Of a stretch of 64,000 bases of DNA, positions 1 through 13,769 are shown one piece after another. Made by a program: the position numbers and the translations under genes. How positions within the stretch are numbered: the first letter of the stretch is position 1; each line of letters opens with the position of its first letter. Origin of the DNA: Camelus ferus (Eukaryota); contig NC_045696.1 of assembly GCF_009834535.1 (NCBI RefSeq), positions 83,454,001 to 83,518,000 of the forward strand, in the 5' to 3' direction. The notes beneath the pieces were generated by a model. That model searched no databases and had not been told where the DNA came from. It saw only the letters and a list, made by a program, of their open reading frames with translations.

Positions 1-3000
1 GTAGACTCGTCACTCACAGCTGTGACTTCTCACTCTGGCTCTCCTGGCTAGGAAGCTTTGATAAACACTTAACTCTTGTGTGCCCTAGTTTTGTATTTTA
101 AAAATAAGTTTTCCCATTTCATTTTATAGAAAATAATAATTGACTTTAAAAAAAATCATCTAAGCTGTGACATAAAGATCACTGGGACAAGTCATCTAAG
201 AGCAGTGGCCTCAGAGGGAGTTCCTGGGCTCTGTAAGAAGACGTGACCAGAAAGGAAACAAAAGAAAAGGAGTAAGTTTCTTCCACAACTGAAAGGCAAT
301 CATAATGGACGGACAAAAATGAATAAAATATGGCAGAGACAAAAAAAATTCAGTCTATAAACTCCCCATGCAATAAGACAGTACTGACAAGATCCAAGTG
401 CCTCTACCAATCATCAGTCAGTATACATCTGTTTTTAAACAATTTTTTGAAAGAGATTTAATTAATACAGGCAAACATTTTCATGCTGATGCAGGTGACT
501 GTATGTAAAACTTCATACACTTCTGTGCCATAGCAATCTCCATCAGGTCTGTGACCTGGAAAGGACTGCTTAGCACCTCTTTCTTCCTTCCAAGATACTC
601 CCTCTAACGACCAAGCAGGATGGGCCAGAAAGAAGAGACTTCAATGAAAGGCCGGCATCTGAGCCCACTCAGCAGGAGTCCAGATGAGAGGACAGCAATG
701 CCACTGAGGTAGAAGTAAAACTCGCGGAAATACTTCATGTGTTGCAGAAAAGATGATGTGGAGTTATACTATCGCTGGCCCAGACAAAATTAGCTTATTT
801 TATTATCTCTAATTTCCTTTAATTTCTCTGAACCCTGCAGGGTCTCTATAACTATATCCTCTTTTTATTGCATGGCTCTTGTTCTGTTATCATTATTTTT
901 ATATTTCCGTGCTTAGGTGGCTTTTGGAATGAGGCAAAGCATAAAATCATAGAGTAATTTAAGTCATCAGCTTGAGTTAAGGAATCTCATAAACATAAAA
1001 TAGAAAGGTGAAACCTATGCTAAATATACTTACAGCAAAATGATCACAGCTTATAGCTCTATGCTTCCTAGTGGACAATGCAAAACACGGGATACCACAG
1101 ACTCGTCACCATTCGTTATGTAATAATCCACAAGTACCATTTCACTAGGGAAGACACACCTACTCAGCATAATATTTTAAGAAAAATTTCTCATGTGGAT
1201 GTTTGTTTAAAGATTATCAAAAAATAATTATAATTATAATGGGCAGGGTCTTCTCATATGCTACTACTAAAAGCTACAGGAACCTTCCTGACCATACCTT
1301 GATATGAACCATATGAACATAACTTACTCTGTCTCTCAGTGAAGTCTAAAGCACTATGTGAAAGCACAGAGTAAAACCATTTGCATGGGCTCCAAAAATA
1401 TGGCTACCTGGAGGTCTGACCTTACCAAAGCTTGAGAATCCAGAAGAATGGATATTTGGCACCTCTAGGTTCATATCCAGAAACAAGTGTGGTAGCACAG
1501 ATTGCTTACAAAGTGTCCATGAGGGAAAGACACCAGACCTCCTGAGTGAGGATAAGGTTGCAGTAGATCTCTCCATGGAGAATTTTCCAGGTGGAGAAAT
1601 CCAAGATCAGGAGGCCAGAAGGATAGAAGAAACTGTCAGGGTCAAGAAATAACCAGCTGGGAAGGGTCTGGGCAAGTAAAGGTTGATACCGAGAAGCAAG
1701 CAAAAGCATCAGTGTAAAAAGAGGGTATCTCCCAGAGAGAGGATACAAATGAAGGTCAGTCCCTGAGGACATTCATTTTCTTTGAGTCCATAGCATCGCT
1801 GGACTGACAAATATATATAGCAAAATGACATATAGACTGTTTTTGTAAAAATCTGGAGAGCAGACAATTTGAGACTAAAGTTACAGGGAGTGAATGCTTG
1901 AAACACACAGGTATTCTGTGTTGAAGTAACACACCTTTTCCTAGAGAGACCAGAAATGCAAGTGGCAAAGATGATGTTTTCTGCTGAAAATTAAAGAGTA
2001 TTCTTATTCTTATCTAGGAAGTGGGAGACTACCTAGAAGGCACGGGAAATGGTGGTGTTCAAATATCAGTATTACAAAATTTCTCCACCATTTTCCCAAT
2101 ATGACCTCTCAGAAGTTGTTCAGAGTCAAGGAGTGTCGTCTCCACAATGTCCTGGCAGAGGGGATGAGGGGTTCATGGGTCTCTGTTTCACGACCGCATG
2201 TGCCCTGAGGAAGGGGCACCATTTTTTAATTGTTACAAATAGTCAAAAAAAAAAAAAAAAAAAAAAAAAGCTGGTAGAGCTCTGGGGGCCACAATGAGAG
2301 AACTGAGCCAGAGTCCAGGCAGCGAGAGGGGTTTGGCAGGAAGAGAGAAGTGATCCACTTGGGATGGACAGGCTACAGGCAATAAATTCCCAGAAGAGTC
2401 AGCAGTAGCTGCAGAGCTGCATAATTCATGGCTTGGGAAAGAAGTCATACTGGTGGGTATCATAATTTGGCATATTCTCGTGTGAAAACTGAAACTATAA
2501 GCAAGGGAGAACCATCACAAGCCACTGGAGACTGCATTGTCATAATGAGTGTTGTATAGGAATATTGAAATTTCAATACTGATGTGAATATTGCATGAGA
2601 TACATTATAATAGTGATTAGTAACAAATTATAGAAGCCACTTAACAATACCTGTTTTACTTGTAATCTACAATAGCAATCGTTAACAGCAATTGTGATAA
2701 CAATACACTCACTAAGAATTGAGATCGTTCAAATCTGGAAGAGACAAAGAAATGAAAAAAAAATTGTTTACAGGGTGTCTAAAAGCCTGAATAGGCACAG
2801 GTGTGATAACTGAAAGTCAACTCTATCTGAAGAAAGAATGGTTGATAACTGCTGGGGATGTCAAGGATATTTCAGACATGTATACAAGATCCCTCAGAAG
2901 TTTTATGCATAAACACACTCTATCACTACTCAGAACCTGCTGGATGCCAGACTTTTGAAAGTGACAATCAAGCAAGAAATTATTTAAGATGAGATATTGA

Positions 3001-3149
3001 CAGAGATCTGAAAAAACTTATTAGCTTTCAAAGACTGAATGTAGAACCATTTTGGAAGTAGGACTTTGGAGCAATCAGATATTAGTTCAAGTCCTGCCTT
3101 TGCTTTTTAGAAGTATGTTGCTTTGGGCAAATCACTTAATATTGTGCAT

Positions 3150-3480
3150 ACTACTAGTTAAAGGAAACTGTAGAAATATTGAATGCTTCTTTACATTTCA
3201 AAGATTACTGAAGAGCCCAAAGTGTTTCTGCCTATGTTTGTACCTATCGGTAGCCACCATATTAGACATTTAAGCTGAGAATTTTTTTTAACTTAGTCAT
3301 TATTTAAATATAACAATAATAAAGCTAGTACATGTTATGACACATTTTTAGTGAAAAATAACTATATTATCCAGAACCAGTGAGAATAATATCATGGTTG
3401 TTATTTTGTAAATATCTTGAATGTTCTGACTTAACAGAAGACAGCTGGATTCTTGTATCTGCTTCTGCATTCAATAGGCT
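3150..3480. mobile_element. hAT-Charlie1-like DNA transposon fragment
   Basis: Contains ttaacagaagacagctggattcttgtatctgcttctgcattcaat and tgaaaaataactatatt, resembling the Charlie1 consensus (from recall); boundaries approximate. Confidence 0.65.
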
Positions 3481-4204
3481 GTTTCTAAAAATGGAAGGAA
3501 GGGTGCCAACTTACTTCATATATTTGAGGAATTCCCGAAACATAAAAATCGGATGTAATCTGATTATAGGATAATGCAGAGCAAAGAAAACCACAACATC
3601 AAACATCAGTGCTTAGCAGGATTCTTCCCCAAGGGAGCTCTGTCAAGTTCAAAGTCAGTGAGTACAATGACAGAAAGGAGCCAAGATACATCACATGAGT
3701 AAATTAATTAAAGTACTATGTGTATTTAGAATAGCTGGACCAGATAGCCCCTTCTCATTCTTTACAGATAGAGGATAGTAACTTTTCCCTCAGGATTCCA
3801 TCAAGCCCAAAGAATTTTTCTCCCAAGCAAATAGGTCACCTCCCAGAAGAGGGTTCCACATGTGGGTGCTAAAGTCTGAGAGAAAGAAGAACATGGCTTA
3901 AGGTCATGTCAAACCTCTCCAATATACAGCAAGAAAGAATACATTGTTTGACTCAGAAATAAAATTCAGTAAGATTCCCACCTCCCAAAGTCCTTACTCG
4001 GCAATGAAGGGTGTACCCGCTGCCCAGCAACACTGCTATGCAGCGCCTCCTGTCAACAGACTGTGCCTTTTAGACTTTGAAATTAGAATCTCGCATTCAA
4101 GGGCTGTTGGGGACACAGACCTATAACCCCAAGCAAGCAAGCTCTACTAATTAAATGAGTCCTTTTTTCATAAATCTAAACAGTCAAACAAGAATCACCA
4201 GACA

Positions 4205-4356
4205 AGGGGGGAGGGTATAGCTTGGGGAAGAGCATGTGCCTAACATATGTGAGGTCCTTGGTTCAATCCCCAGTACCTCTGTTAAAATAAATAAATAAAT
4301 AAATCTAATTACCTCCTCCCTCCAAAAAAAAAAAATAATAATTAATTAAAAAAAAT
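4205..4356 (+). mobile_element. Camelid tRNA-derived SINE (Vic-1 type)
   Basis: Head ggggggagggtatagct, B-box ggttcaatcccc, AT-rich tail with ctaattacctc; TSD tcaccagaca at 4195-4204 and 4357-4366. Confidence 0.88.
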
Positions 4357-4601
4357 TCACCAGACACTGAAGGAATATTAAAAGCATGAAAATAAGGAAT
4401 CAAATAAAGCAATAAATTAACAAACTGGGAGAAAATTTAGGGGGAAATAATTCTTAAAAAATATTAGTGTCTTTAGAGATAGCCAAGAGGATATTACATT
4501 CATAAATCAAGAAGGGTCTTCTATGACTAGGGAGCAGTTCAAGGGCAAAAAGGGTAAGATTTGCAAATTTTCTGATAAAACTAATTAATTATGGACTAAA
4601 T

Positions 4602-4784
4602 CAGTGGTTTGAAAGCTTTTTTAACAAGTAAATATATATAACATTATGACACATTGTGTATATGTATATATATGTTATACATATAAACTTTCACTAAATT
4701 ACATTATTCTGTTAATTCTATTTATTTCTTAAAAAGGACCCATAACTCACTGATATGTTGTGATCCACGGTTTGAAAATAATTG
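4602..4784. mobile_element. Non-autonomous hAT MITE (family uncertain)
   Basis: Degenerate terminal inverted repeats cagtggtttgaaa ... tttgaaaataattg. Confidence 0.45.
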
Positions 4785-7687
4785 GTTTAATGGTAGAATA
4801 AAGCAATTGAAAATCAAGGGAGTAGTCTATAGAATAAAAGAAAGAAAATCTCAAAGAATGAAAAGCAAAACAGTAAAGAAATGGACAAAAAGAGTAATAA
4901 GAGTCACAGATGAAAAATCCAAGAGGCACAATATCCATCTTCCTCTTTTTAAATGCATGTATATATAAATATTACATTATGTATGCATGCATATGTATAC
5001 ACACACTTACATATTGTTAAAAAAAAAAAAAACCAAAGTCCAAAAAGTATAGAAGGGAAAAATGAAAGATAAAATTGTTCTTCTCTACCCTCCATCCTTC
5101 CAGTCCCACTCATTATAGACAATCAGTTATCAGTATCTATGGCCTTTACCCTCCTATTTTTTGTTTATCAAATTTAGACAGTATTTATCAACTTCCTTTA
5201 CAAAATGAGAGGTTTAAAACAACCAACCTTCCTACCAACCTTTGTAAACTCTTATTATTGTCAATTCTTCGTTTCTTGATTTATTTTATATACAGATATA
5301 TATATATATTATTTACCACAATCTAAAAAATAATTTAGTAGTCTTCATTACTTTCCCCTCTTTCATCCTCCATTTTATCAAATTTGCTACATCATCATCA
5401 TCATTATTATTATATTGTCAAGTTTTATAATATTTAAGTTATCCCAGATAAGTGTATTTATTTTGTGCTTTGCCTGTGGATTGACTCTAAAAACTAAAAA
5501 TCAGCAAACATGATTGAAATATCATAACACTTTCAATCGTGTTTGCTGGGTTTTAGTCTAAAGTTGATAAACAAAGATATGGACAATGTTCAGACATCCT
5601 GCACTTTTATACATTATATACTGATACCCTTAAAATGCTTTTCCTATACCTGAATCTGCATTTTATACATTAGGTGATGAAGGATAATTCTGAACCATTC
5701 CATAGATCTGGGATAAAATTTTAGGTACCTGGCAAGGCACCTAGAGTGGCAGTGTACAACAGGGAAGACTTTGTTTTTGTGGCATTAAATAGGGACAGAA
5801 TTTCATCCAGACCCCTCTCTCAGGCGAAGCTCAGATGAGGGGGCAGTGGTCTCCCACGAAGCCTCTGGATATTTGGGGTCTTCCGGCTGCCTTACTCCAG
5901 CACGACCACTGATTGTATCCAGGATACTCGATTTCCTTACCCCTCTCCTCATGTCATCTTTTTCTTCATTTTTATTGTGGACAGACACCATGAGGTCACA
6001 TGCAACGGTGATAAGCAAGGGCACCACAGGGCAGGAGACCTCATCCACAGGGTATGGAAAAGTGCTGGGAGCAGGGGGCAGGGTGAAACTCAAAGAATAC
6101 CGTTGCCTCCCCCTAAGATGCAGAATTGTTTTCTTTCCCTCTCTCCCTGCTCTAGGCACCTAGCAGGTCCTGACACAAAGGCTTAAAAATTGAGGTTTAT
6201 CTGGTCTCTGACTGTGAAGAGACAAGGGGATAATCATGAACAGGAAGAGGAAATGTTTGTCTTGACTTGATCATTCCTAGAGGAAAACAAGATTGACCAG
6301 GGCACTTAAAGGCAACAGCCAAAGAATCTCACAGCTTGTAAAAGATCTTAAAAATTCTCTAGGTTTCCCTGATCCAAGAGGGGCAGTGAGTGCAGAAACC
6401 GTACTGGGAATTTTATCGCTCTTTTCTTAGCTTTTTAAGAGGAGGCATTCCTCCCAAAATAAGTGCCTGCAGGTCCCCTTTGGGGTATTTACATTTCAAG
6501 TACATTTTTGGTGAATATCATCTACTAATCTAGGCTAGGTATCATTTCCCATTGGGAAATTCTTCCTAAACCCGGGGTGTAAGTTAAATACTCATGCATA
6601 TGTTCTTTCTAGATTTTTTAGAATTATTTTCATTTATCTATTTTAAAATTTTCTGTTCAATCTGTGTAGAATTCATTTTGACATGTATATGTGAATGTGA
6701 TAATTCACTTGCCTTTTCTCCATGTAATCAATTTTCATGATACCATTTATTGAACAGTTTGTATCTTTCCTGTTCTACTGTGGTTAACTAGAGTTCGAAT
6801 TTATTAATGTATTTATGGAACTAGTCCTTTACTAGTAATGAAAATACTGGAAGACTTTATGCATAGGATACACACATACATGCCTTCCCAGAACCAAGAT
6901 ACCTGAGAAGACAAGTAATTCATCAGAATGTTGCTACTTAGAGAAGAAATCAGAACAAAAGATAGTAAATGCTTTTAAGGATATTTTCATCTAAGTCATG
7001 GTGAAAGATAACAAAATCACCTTACAACACAGCCCAACAGACCTTCATAGTGACTGGAATTATTTTGTTTCAGAGCCAATGTCTGCTTCCCCTGGATAGA
7101 AATGGATGCCCACTACAGTTGTTGTGTCCAGATAAACTTCCTCAGTTTTAGATGCATCAGTGTCATTGTCACCATGTTCTATAGGATCTGTGTATACTCT
7201 GTTAACTCCATTAGATCAGACAATATCTAGCTCTCCTGAGGCCATTTTACGAGTATTCTTATCAATTCAGTGTATTCTCTAGGGATGTATAGGCATGTAA
7301 TCATATTCTTTTCATATAACAGTATTAATTTCCTTTTCAAAATTTCAACTGTATTTCTATTTCAGTACATATTTCATTGACCAGAACTTCCAGAACAGTA
7401 TTTAGATTATAACAATAATAATGAGCACCCTCAACTCGCTTCAACTACATCTAATGGAAAAGTCATCAGAATTTTATTCTTGAAATTTAACATATTTATT
7501 CTAAATTTACTTACATTTTAAAAAATCAGTAATGAATGTTAATTTCTGTAGCATCATCAGGTTTAGTGATGTGCTATCACCTTAACAGAGTTCCTATTAT
7601 TAGATCATTTTTTCTTCTTAAAATAACTTTTTGGTTTCAAATAATTTTGTTAAAGTATGGTGGGTTTTTTGTTTTGCACAAATTGTT

Positions 7688-7707
7688 GTGTGTGTGTGTG
7701 TGTGTGT
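7688..7707. repeat. (TG)n microsatellite
   Basis: Direct observation. Confidence 0.9.
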
Positions 7708-7754
7708 TTTCTTTTCTTTGCCAGTATTTTATGTTGGATTTTGGCCTTTATTTC

Positions 7755-8320
7755 AGATTAGCTCTTCCAGCTGTTAAAACAAAAACAAAAAACCTGTAAC
7801 GGTTTCAGTGGCATGTAGTATGTGTGAGTGTATGTGTGTGTGTTCTCTCAGTTAACAGGAAAACAGAAGTGACTTCACCCTGCTTTCACCGGTCAATTAT
7901 GTCATCGGTCCCTCACCATCTTTAACGGTCAAAGGTTTTTGTTTTTCTCACTTGACACCTCATGTCTGCAAAATGTCTGCTGCCACTCCAGAAAACACTA
8001 ACAAGCCTTCTTCTCTTATCTGATCCTAATATTAGGGCACCAATTCAGCTTTTCCCAGATGCCCTCCAGCAGAGCTCCTCTTCAGTTCCATTAGCTAGAA
8101 CTGAGTCAGCCAGTCGTACTCAGGCTCTAAGGCGGGCTGGGAACGGGAACTGCTGGCAAAGAGGAACGTAACTGTCATCCTTAGTTTAGAGTTCGACCCA
8201 TCATGATTAATCACCTTGAGCTGGGAAGATCACAGCACAAAGAAAATAAGGATTCTATTAGCAGAGGAAGAGATGGAATTGAGATGGTTCAAGGATAAAA
8301 TTAATAATATGTCTGCCACC
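7755..8320 (-). mobile_element. MaLR LTR, MLT1J/K-like
   Basis: cttttcccagatgccctccagcagagctcctcttcagttccattagctagaactgagtca resembles MLT1K. Confidence 0.6.
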
Positions 8321-9434
8321 ATATCTATTCTATTTTTATTTATGAGTTAGGTCCATAGTCATTTTGTACTGAATTTATCATCTTCAGTAATCAAAGTTAA
8401 TGCTGGTCTCCTAAAATGGGATGTTTAATATTTTAAATATTCCATGTTCTGCAACAGTATGTACAAAGATGCTTTTTGGACTCAGGTGAAAAATCTCCAG
8501 AAACCTGTGTGGAGGGGATGGTTGACTTTTATTTTGTACTATTCTGTTAGGATTTTTGGTCTATCTAATCTTTGATTTCTGCCGGAGTAAATTTTGAAAA
8601 TTGGTATATTTTCAGAAATGTTTCATTTATGTTTTCAAATATAATAGCTTGGAATTTAATATAGTATGCTCATAAATTGTAATATCTCATTTATAATATC
8701 TGTATGCTCCCTCTAACTTTCAACATTGGTTTTATCTTTTATTCTTATTGACTTTTAACTGAAAAAGTTCTTGAATGTATTGCTGTTTTCTAAAGAACAA
8801 GTTCTTACATGTTTTGTTTTTCTTTTTAATAATTTATTGATTTCTGCCTTGAGTTTCATTATTTTTACTTAATTTTCTTTAGGCTTGTATTGTTTTACTT
8901 TTTCTAACTTTGCAATTTAAATCCTTTGTTAATTTATACTATTAATTCCTAGTTAACAACGAAAGGACCTAAACTAAGATTTTCCCCTTACATTCTATTT
9001 TGGCTAAACAGCCTAAATTAAAACACTTCCAGTTTCCATTTTCCTCACTTAATGTATAGCTCCTTAGTATTGGAGAACTGTTTTTCCTCAAAAAAAAAAA
9101 ATTGATATCTGGCCTGTCGTCCTTAACATTCCTTTGATAAATATTTATGTTATCAAAGAATGCACCCTGTACATTTCAATTAAGTTTGAGAAATTAGTAA
9201 GTCATTATTTCTCAGTTTTTTAAAAAAGGATCCAGTCTTTGAAAGGTACAAAGTTCAAAGTTCAATATGATTTTAACCTGATTATTTTATCCTAGTTGTG
9301 CTTATTTTATTTTACTTAATCCTTTATTAGTTGCATTGAATATTAAATTCCCTTAAAACATTTATTTTTATAAATTTTCTTTGTATATCCAATTGTAATT
9401 ACCTCATTTATTTTTCTGTTCTTACAGCTTCACC

Positions 9435-10193
9435 AACTGGAAACCATAAAACTCCTAGAGGAAAACATAGGCAGAACACTCTGACAAATTGTAGCAATAT
9501 TTTTTGCAATCTGTCTCCTAAAGCAAAAGAAATAAAAGCCAAAATAAGCACTAATGATACCTAAAGAAGCTTGAAAGCTTTTGCACAGCAAAGGAAACCA
9601 TTGACAAAATGAAAAGACTACCTACTGAATGGGAGAGCATATTTGCAAATGATATGACTGATAAGGGGTTAATATCCAACATATATAAACAGCTCATACG
9701 ACTCAACATGAAAAAAACAACCCAATTAAAAAATGGGCAGAGGATCTGAAGAGACATTTTTTACAAAGAGGAAATACAGATAGATGGCCAACAGACACAT
9801 GAAAAAAAATGCTCAACATGGCTAACCATCAGGGAAATGCAAATAAAAACCACAATGACATATCACCTCAAACCTGTCAGAATGTCTGTCATCAAAAAGA
9901 ACACTAACAACAAATGTTGGTGAGGATGGAGAGAAAAGGAAAACCTCACACACCATTGGTGGAAATGTAAACTGGTTTATTTGCTATCATCAACAGATGA
10001 ATGGCTAACGATGTGGAATATATATATAATGAAATACTGCTCAACTATTTAAAAGAATGAAATTTTGCTATTTGCAGCAACATAGATGGACTAGGATGAT
10101 ATTATGCTAAGTAAAATAAGTCAGACAGAAGAAGATGAACACTGTATCATATCTTTCATATGTGGAATATAAAAAATACAACAAACTAGTGAG
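9435..10193 (+). mobile_element. L1 fragment (ORF2 C-terminal region into start of 3'UTR), no poly(A), internal deletion
   Basis: Clear L1 motifs (aaactcctagaggaaaacataggc, ttttgcacagcaaaggaaacca, gaaatgcaaataaaaaccacaatg, aaataagtcagacaga); flanking repeat tacagcttcacc (9423-9434) / tatagcttcacc (10194-10205). Confidence 0.9.
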
Positions 10194-12249
10194 TATAGCT
10201 TCACCTTATAATTTTTCTTTAAATCAAAGAAAAATAAATTATTCTTGGAAAATAAGTTTGTCTGAAATTAAATTTGCCATCTCGGTTCTCTTTCTGTTTG
10301 CATTTGTTAGGTTATTACCCTAACCTTTTTTTTTGTTTTGTTTTAATCTCTGTTCTTGGACAAGTAGGAGACAGTCACACTTTAGTTTTTAACCAAATGT
10401 GAAAGTTTTATATTTTAACCAAGGATTTTAACTTATTTATTTTTATTGCTGTAACTATTAAGATTTAGTATTTCATTATGTAGTTCTATGCTGTTTTAAA
10501 ATGCTTACTTTGATTTATAACTTTTAATATTTTTTATATTCTCCAGGAATCTGCAAGCTGGACTGAATATTTAACTCCACTAATGGTTATCTTTAAATAT
10601 TTAAACTATAGATCCCAAATTTGCAATAATCAAAAGACACTGTGTAGCTTTTGACACTCCACCATGCAAGACAAAGAATTAAAGACATTTTACCTCTCTT
10701 TATCCTCTACTCTCTCTGTTCAGGTCTTAGTTAATATAATCTCTCAGTTTAATCTATTTTCAGTTAAATTATTATGTCTACATTGTCCATAGTACTTAAA
10801 AATTTTTTAACTTTGAAAATTTTATTATCAAATTTTATACAATCGTTATTTTTTAGATTTGTCTTTGTTTAACTAATTAAACCTTAACTCAAACTTACCT
10901 CCTTTAAAAAAAAAGATTTCCTCATTTTAACATCTCAATTTCAAGAAGTATTCTCTAAAGTGATTAAATTTTTCAAAACAGTTGTTTCTATTTATATTTT
11001 CAAAAATTGTACTAGAGAATGGCTAGATTTACATATCTCCTCAACAATTTTGTGAATTGCAATGAGTCCTATCCAAGTTAATCTGTTTATTTTTTCACTT
11101 CAGTAATTATCACAAATTGTCCCCACATTCTGGCAATAGACCGATTGGAAATCTTGGCTTTCAATGTTAGGAATTGGCTTTTTTCCCTCACTATGTCCCA
11201 AAGGGAATATTAATAAAAATTCAGGGACTAGTCACAAGATGTCATTTTACCTCAAAACTTGAATGTTTACTTCTTATTTGACATTGACACTGTTGCTGAA
11301 AATTAACTTCTTTTGAAAATGTCTCATAAAAAGAAGTAATATAGAAAGCAAATAAGAAATGCCAAGCAAAAGAAATCAGAACGTAGAATCTGAATGGCAG
11401 TTCAACTATTTAAAAATAAGGAGAGCAGGGATAGAGGGTGTGAATGTGGTGAGCATGAGTGGAAGGACCTTGGTAAAATCACCAGTTGTTGGCTTGGGAA
11501 ATGTTTAAATTTGCTCTAGAACAAATTAACATTTCTAAACAAAATTTCTCACTTCCAACTCTCACCCTCTCAGTCCAATTCCAACCCCTATTCTTTCAAA
11601 GCTCTGATCAGTGAGTGTAATTGTAAAAACATGCACACGTTTCCCTGACCCCATTACAAAAGTCTACTCAAACTCACTTGGTCACTAGAAGAAACTTAAT
11701 ACCCTTCTCTTGTGTTCTGATAGAGCCTAAGCTTGCTGGTTGCCAGAGTCTATTTAATACATTTTCCTAAGCACTGTGGATAATGAGATGAGATATTCGG
11801 GGGAATTAAAATGTTAATTATGTGTACAGCTTGGTAAATATGCTCAGTGATTTGAACTGATTCATTATATGAGCTTAAATTACTATTGCAACAGTGAATG
11901 TCAACCATTCATGATACATACCTTCATCACAAAATACTGACAACCAAATTCCACCATGTACTCTCCAAGAAATTAACAACTTGATAAAATTATTCTCAGT
12001 TTGCTCTTAAATAATTTCAGAAGAGTTCTGACACTGTAAGTATTCTCCAAATTACATGTGCTCTGCTCCTCTTCTATCTAAAGAACTCAAGAGAAACTTC
12101 AAATAACACATTTGAGCTTAGTGACTAAATATTTGCCCAAGGTCATACAGCTGATATGTGGCAAAAATAAAACTTCCAAATGAATGTAACTGACAACCAA
12201 AATCTATTTTCCTTCTGTTATCATTTTGACTACCCCTTATATAAATAGC

Positions 12250-12390
12250 AATAGCTACCAAGTATTGAGTATTCACAATATTTTATGTGTATGATCATAT
12301 TTACTTTTCACAACAACCCTTCTAGATAGATTTATTTTTCCCACTTTGCAGAAAGGAAATTGAGGCTCAGAAACTTTTAAGCATATTATA
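12250..12390 (-). mobile_element. MIR SINE fragment
   Basis: cacaacaacc...cccactttgcagaaaggaaattgaggctcaga core. Confidence 0.7.
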
Positions 12391-13769
12391 TTACAACTCA
12401 TGAAAGAACAAAAAATGTATATTACTTCAAATCACTGTGCCTGTGACTTGGTCAGACAGCAATGAGTATTGTTATCGAGACTTAAAGTCCGGGTCCCTGA
12501 AAGGAAGTGTGAAATCTGCCTTGAAATACCTTTGAAGAACAGTATTATTGTTTGGAGAATTTGGGATATGAAAAATCAAGTTAGAATTCTTATTTCAGGA
12601 GGCAAAAAAGCAAAGAGAGCTCACCTGGTCACAGGGACCAAGCCAGAATGGGTACAGGGGGATGTTTACAGAAATTATTCTGGTGTGGCTCTCTCATCTG
12701 GCAGTGAGGCTAGAACCCACGGGCATGTCAGCACTTCATAAACACCATAAATCACTTGTCTTTGTGTGGCTAACTTCTCAGCTGCCCTCAGCATTTTGGG
12801 AAGTGAAACGTCCCGATGAGCCAGTTACCTTTTGCTCAGGGCCAAGTGTACACTCTTTACAGCCCTATCTGCTTGTCCACTGCCTGTGATGTGTGCCAAG
12901 TTTCCTCGTGTGAAACACAAATAACTCCCCTGATTCAATTAAAGAGCAGCCCCTAAAACAGAAGATAGGATTAAATCCATACCATTAGGGGGAAATGGTA
13001 CACTACACTTTTTTACTGGGTATTAGGGAAAACAGCAATGCTAGCCTAACTAAGGGGTAGACTATGTTTGGTTTTTCTAAAAGATAAATGTTCTAAGTTT
13101 TAGCTTTGTAGTTTAATTTGAAATGCTTATGTGGAATACCGATTGTTTAATTTGTACCCATAGCAATTTTTGAGTCATATATCTTCTGTGTCTCTGGTTA
13201 ATCATACATGAGGTCAGCCTTGCCTGCACATCTGTTCACTTCTTAATTACCAGATTTCATCTGACCTGGGTGGATTAAACAGGACCCCGTTTTATTTTCA
13301 CTAGTTGCACAGGGACATCATTATTCTGTCAAAGACTCTATTGTATACATTTATTAATTTTATGTTATATGCAGTCTCATCCCTCAACAGATCACAATCA
13401 CCACCAACACCACTGGCACAGAGACCTCATCTAAACAATGCCACATAATCCAGGACATTGTCACCAACTCTATGCAGAGGCAGCAGCTATACAGCTGTTA
13501 TACATGTTTTATGAGTACCACCTCTATCTTAGGCCCTTTTAATGATGATATCATTTTAAGAGAACAAGCAATTAATTAAATATTAAACATCTGGGTTTAT
13601 CAACTGGCACCTAAGCTTCCTGTTTTGGGGGCATTGGGTCAGGATTTTCACCTCTGCATTCTCTGACAGCAATGAAAAAATATATAGATAAACCACTCCT
13701 TGCCTACCCCACAGAGTTGCTGTGGTGATCAAAAGAGACCATGGGAAGCTTACTTAAAGATGTGAGCAG

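Larger units (their letters stand above)
4080..4940 (+). mobile_element. Old L1M/HAL1-like ORF1-region fragment, interrupted by a SINE and a MITE
   Basis: A-rich degenerate sequence such as aagaatcaccagaca...aaagcatgaaa and aaatccaagaggcacaatatccatct, typical of ancient L1 ORF1. Confidence 0.5.
6590..11050 (-). mobile_element. Highly decayed L1ME-like LINE, interrupted by an MLT1 LTR and a younger L1
   Basis: T-rich antisense L1-like motifs (ccatttattgaacagt, gaccagaacttccagaacagtatt, ttttctaaagaacaagttctt); boundaries approximate. Confidence 0.6.

Noticed and set aside
2563..2578. 16-bp palindrome TATTGAAATTTCAATA, and short hairpins at 14580-14600 and 17372-17400
   Set aside because: Short or AT-rich; expected by chance at this window size
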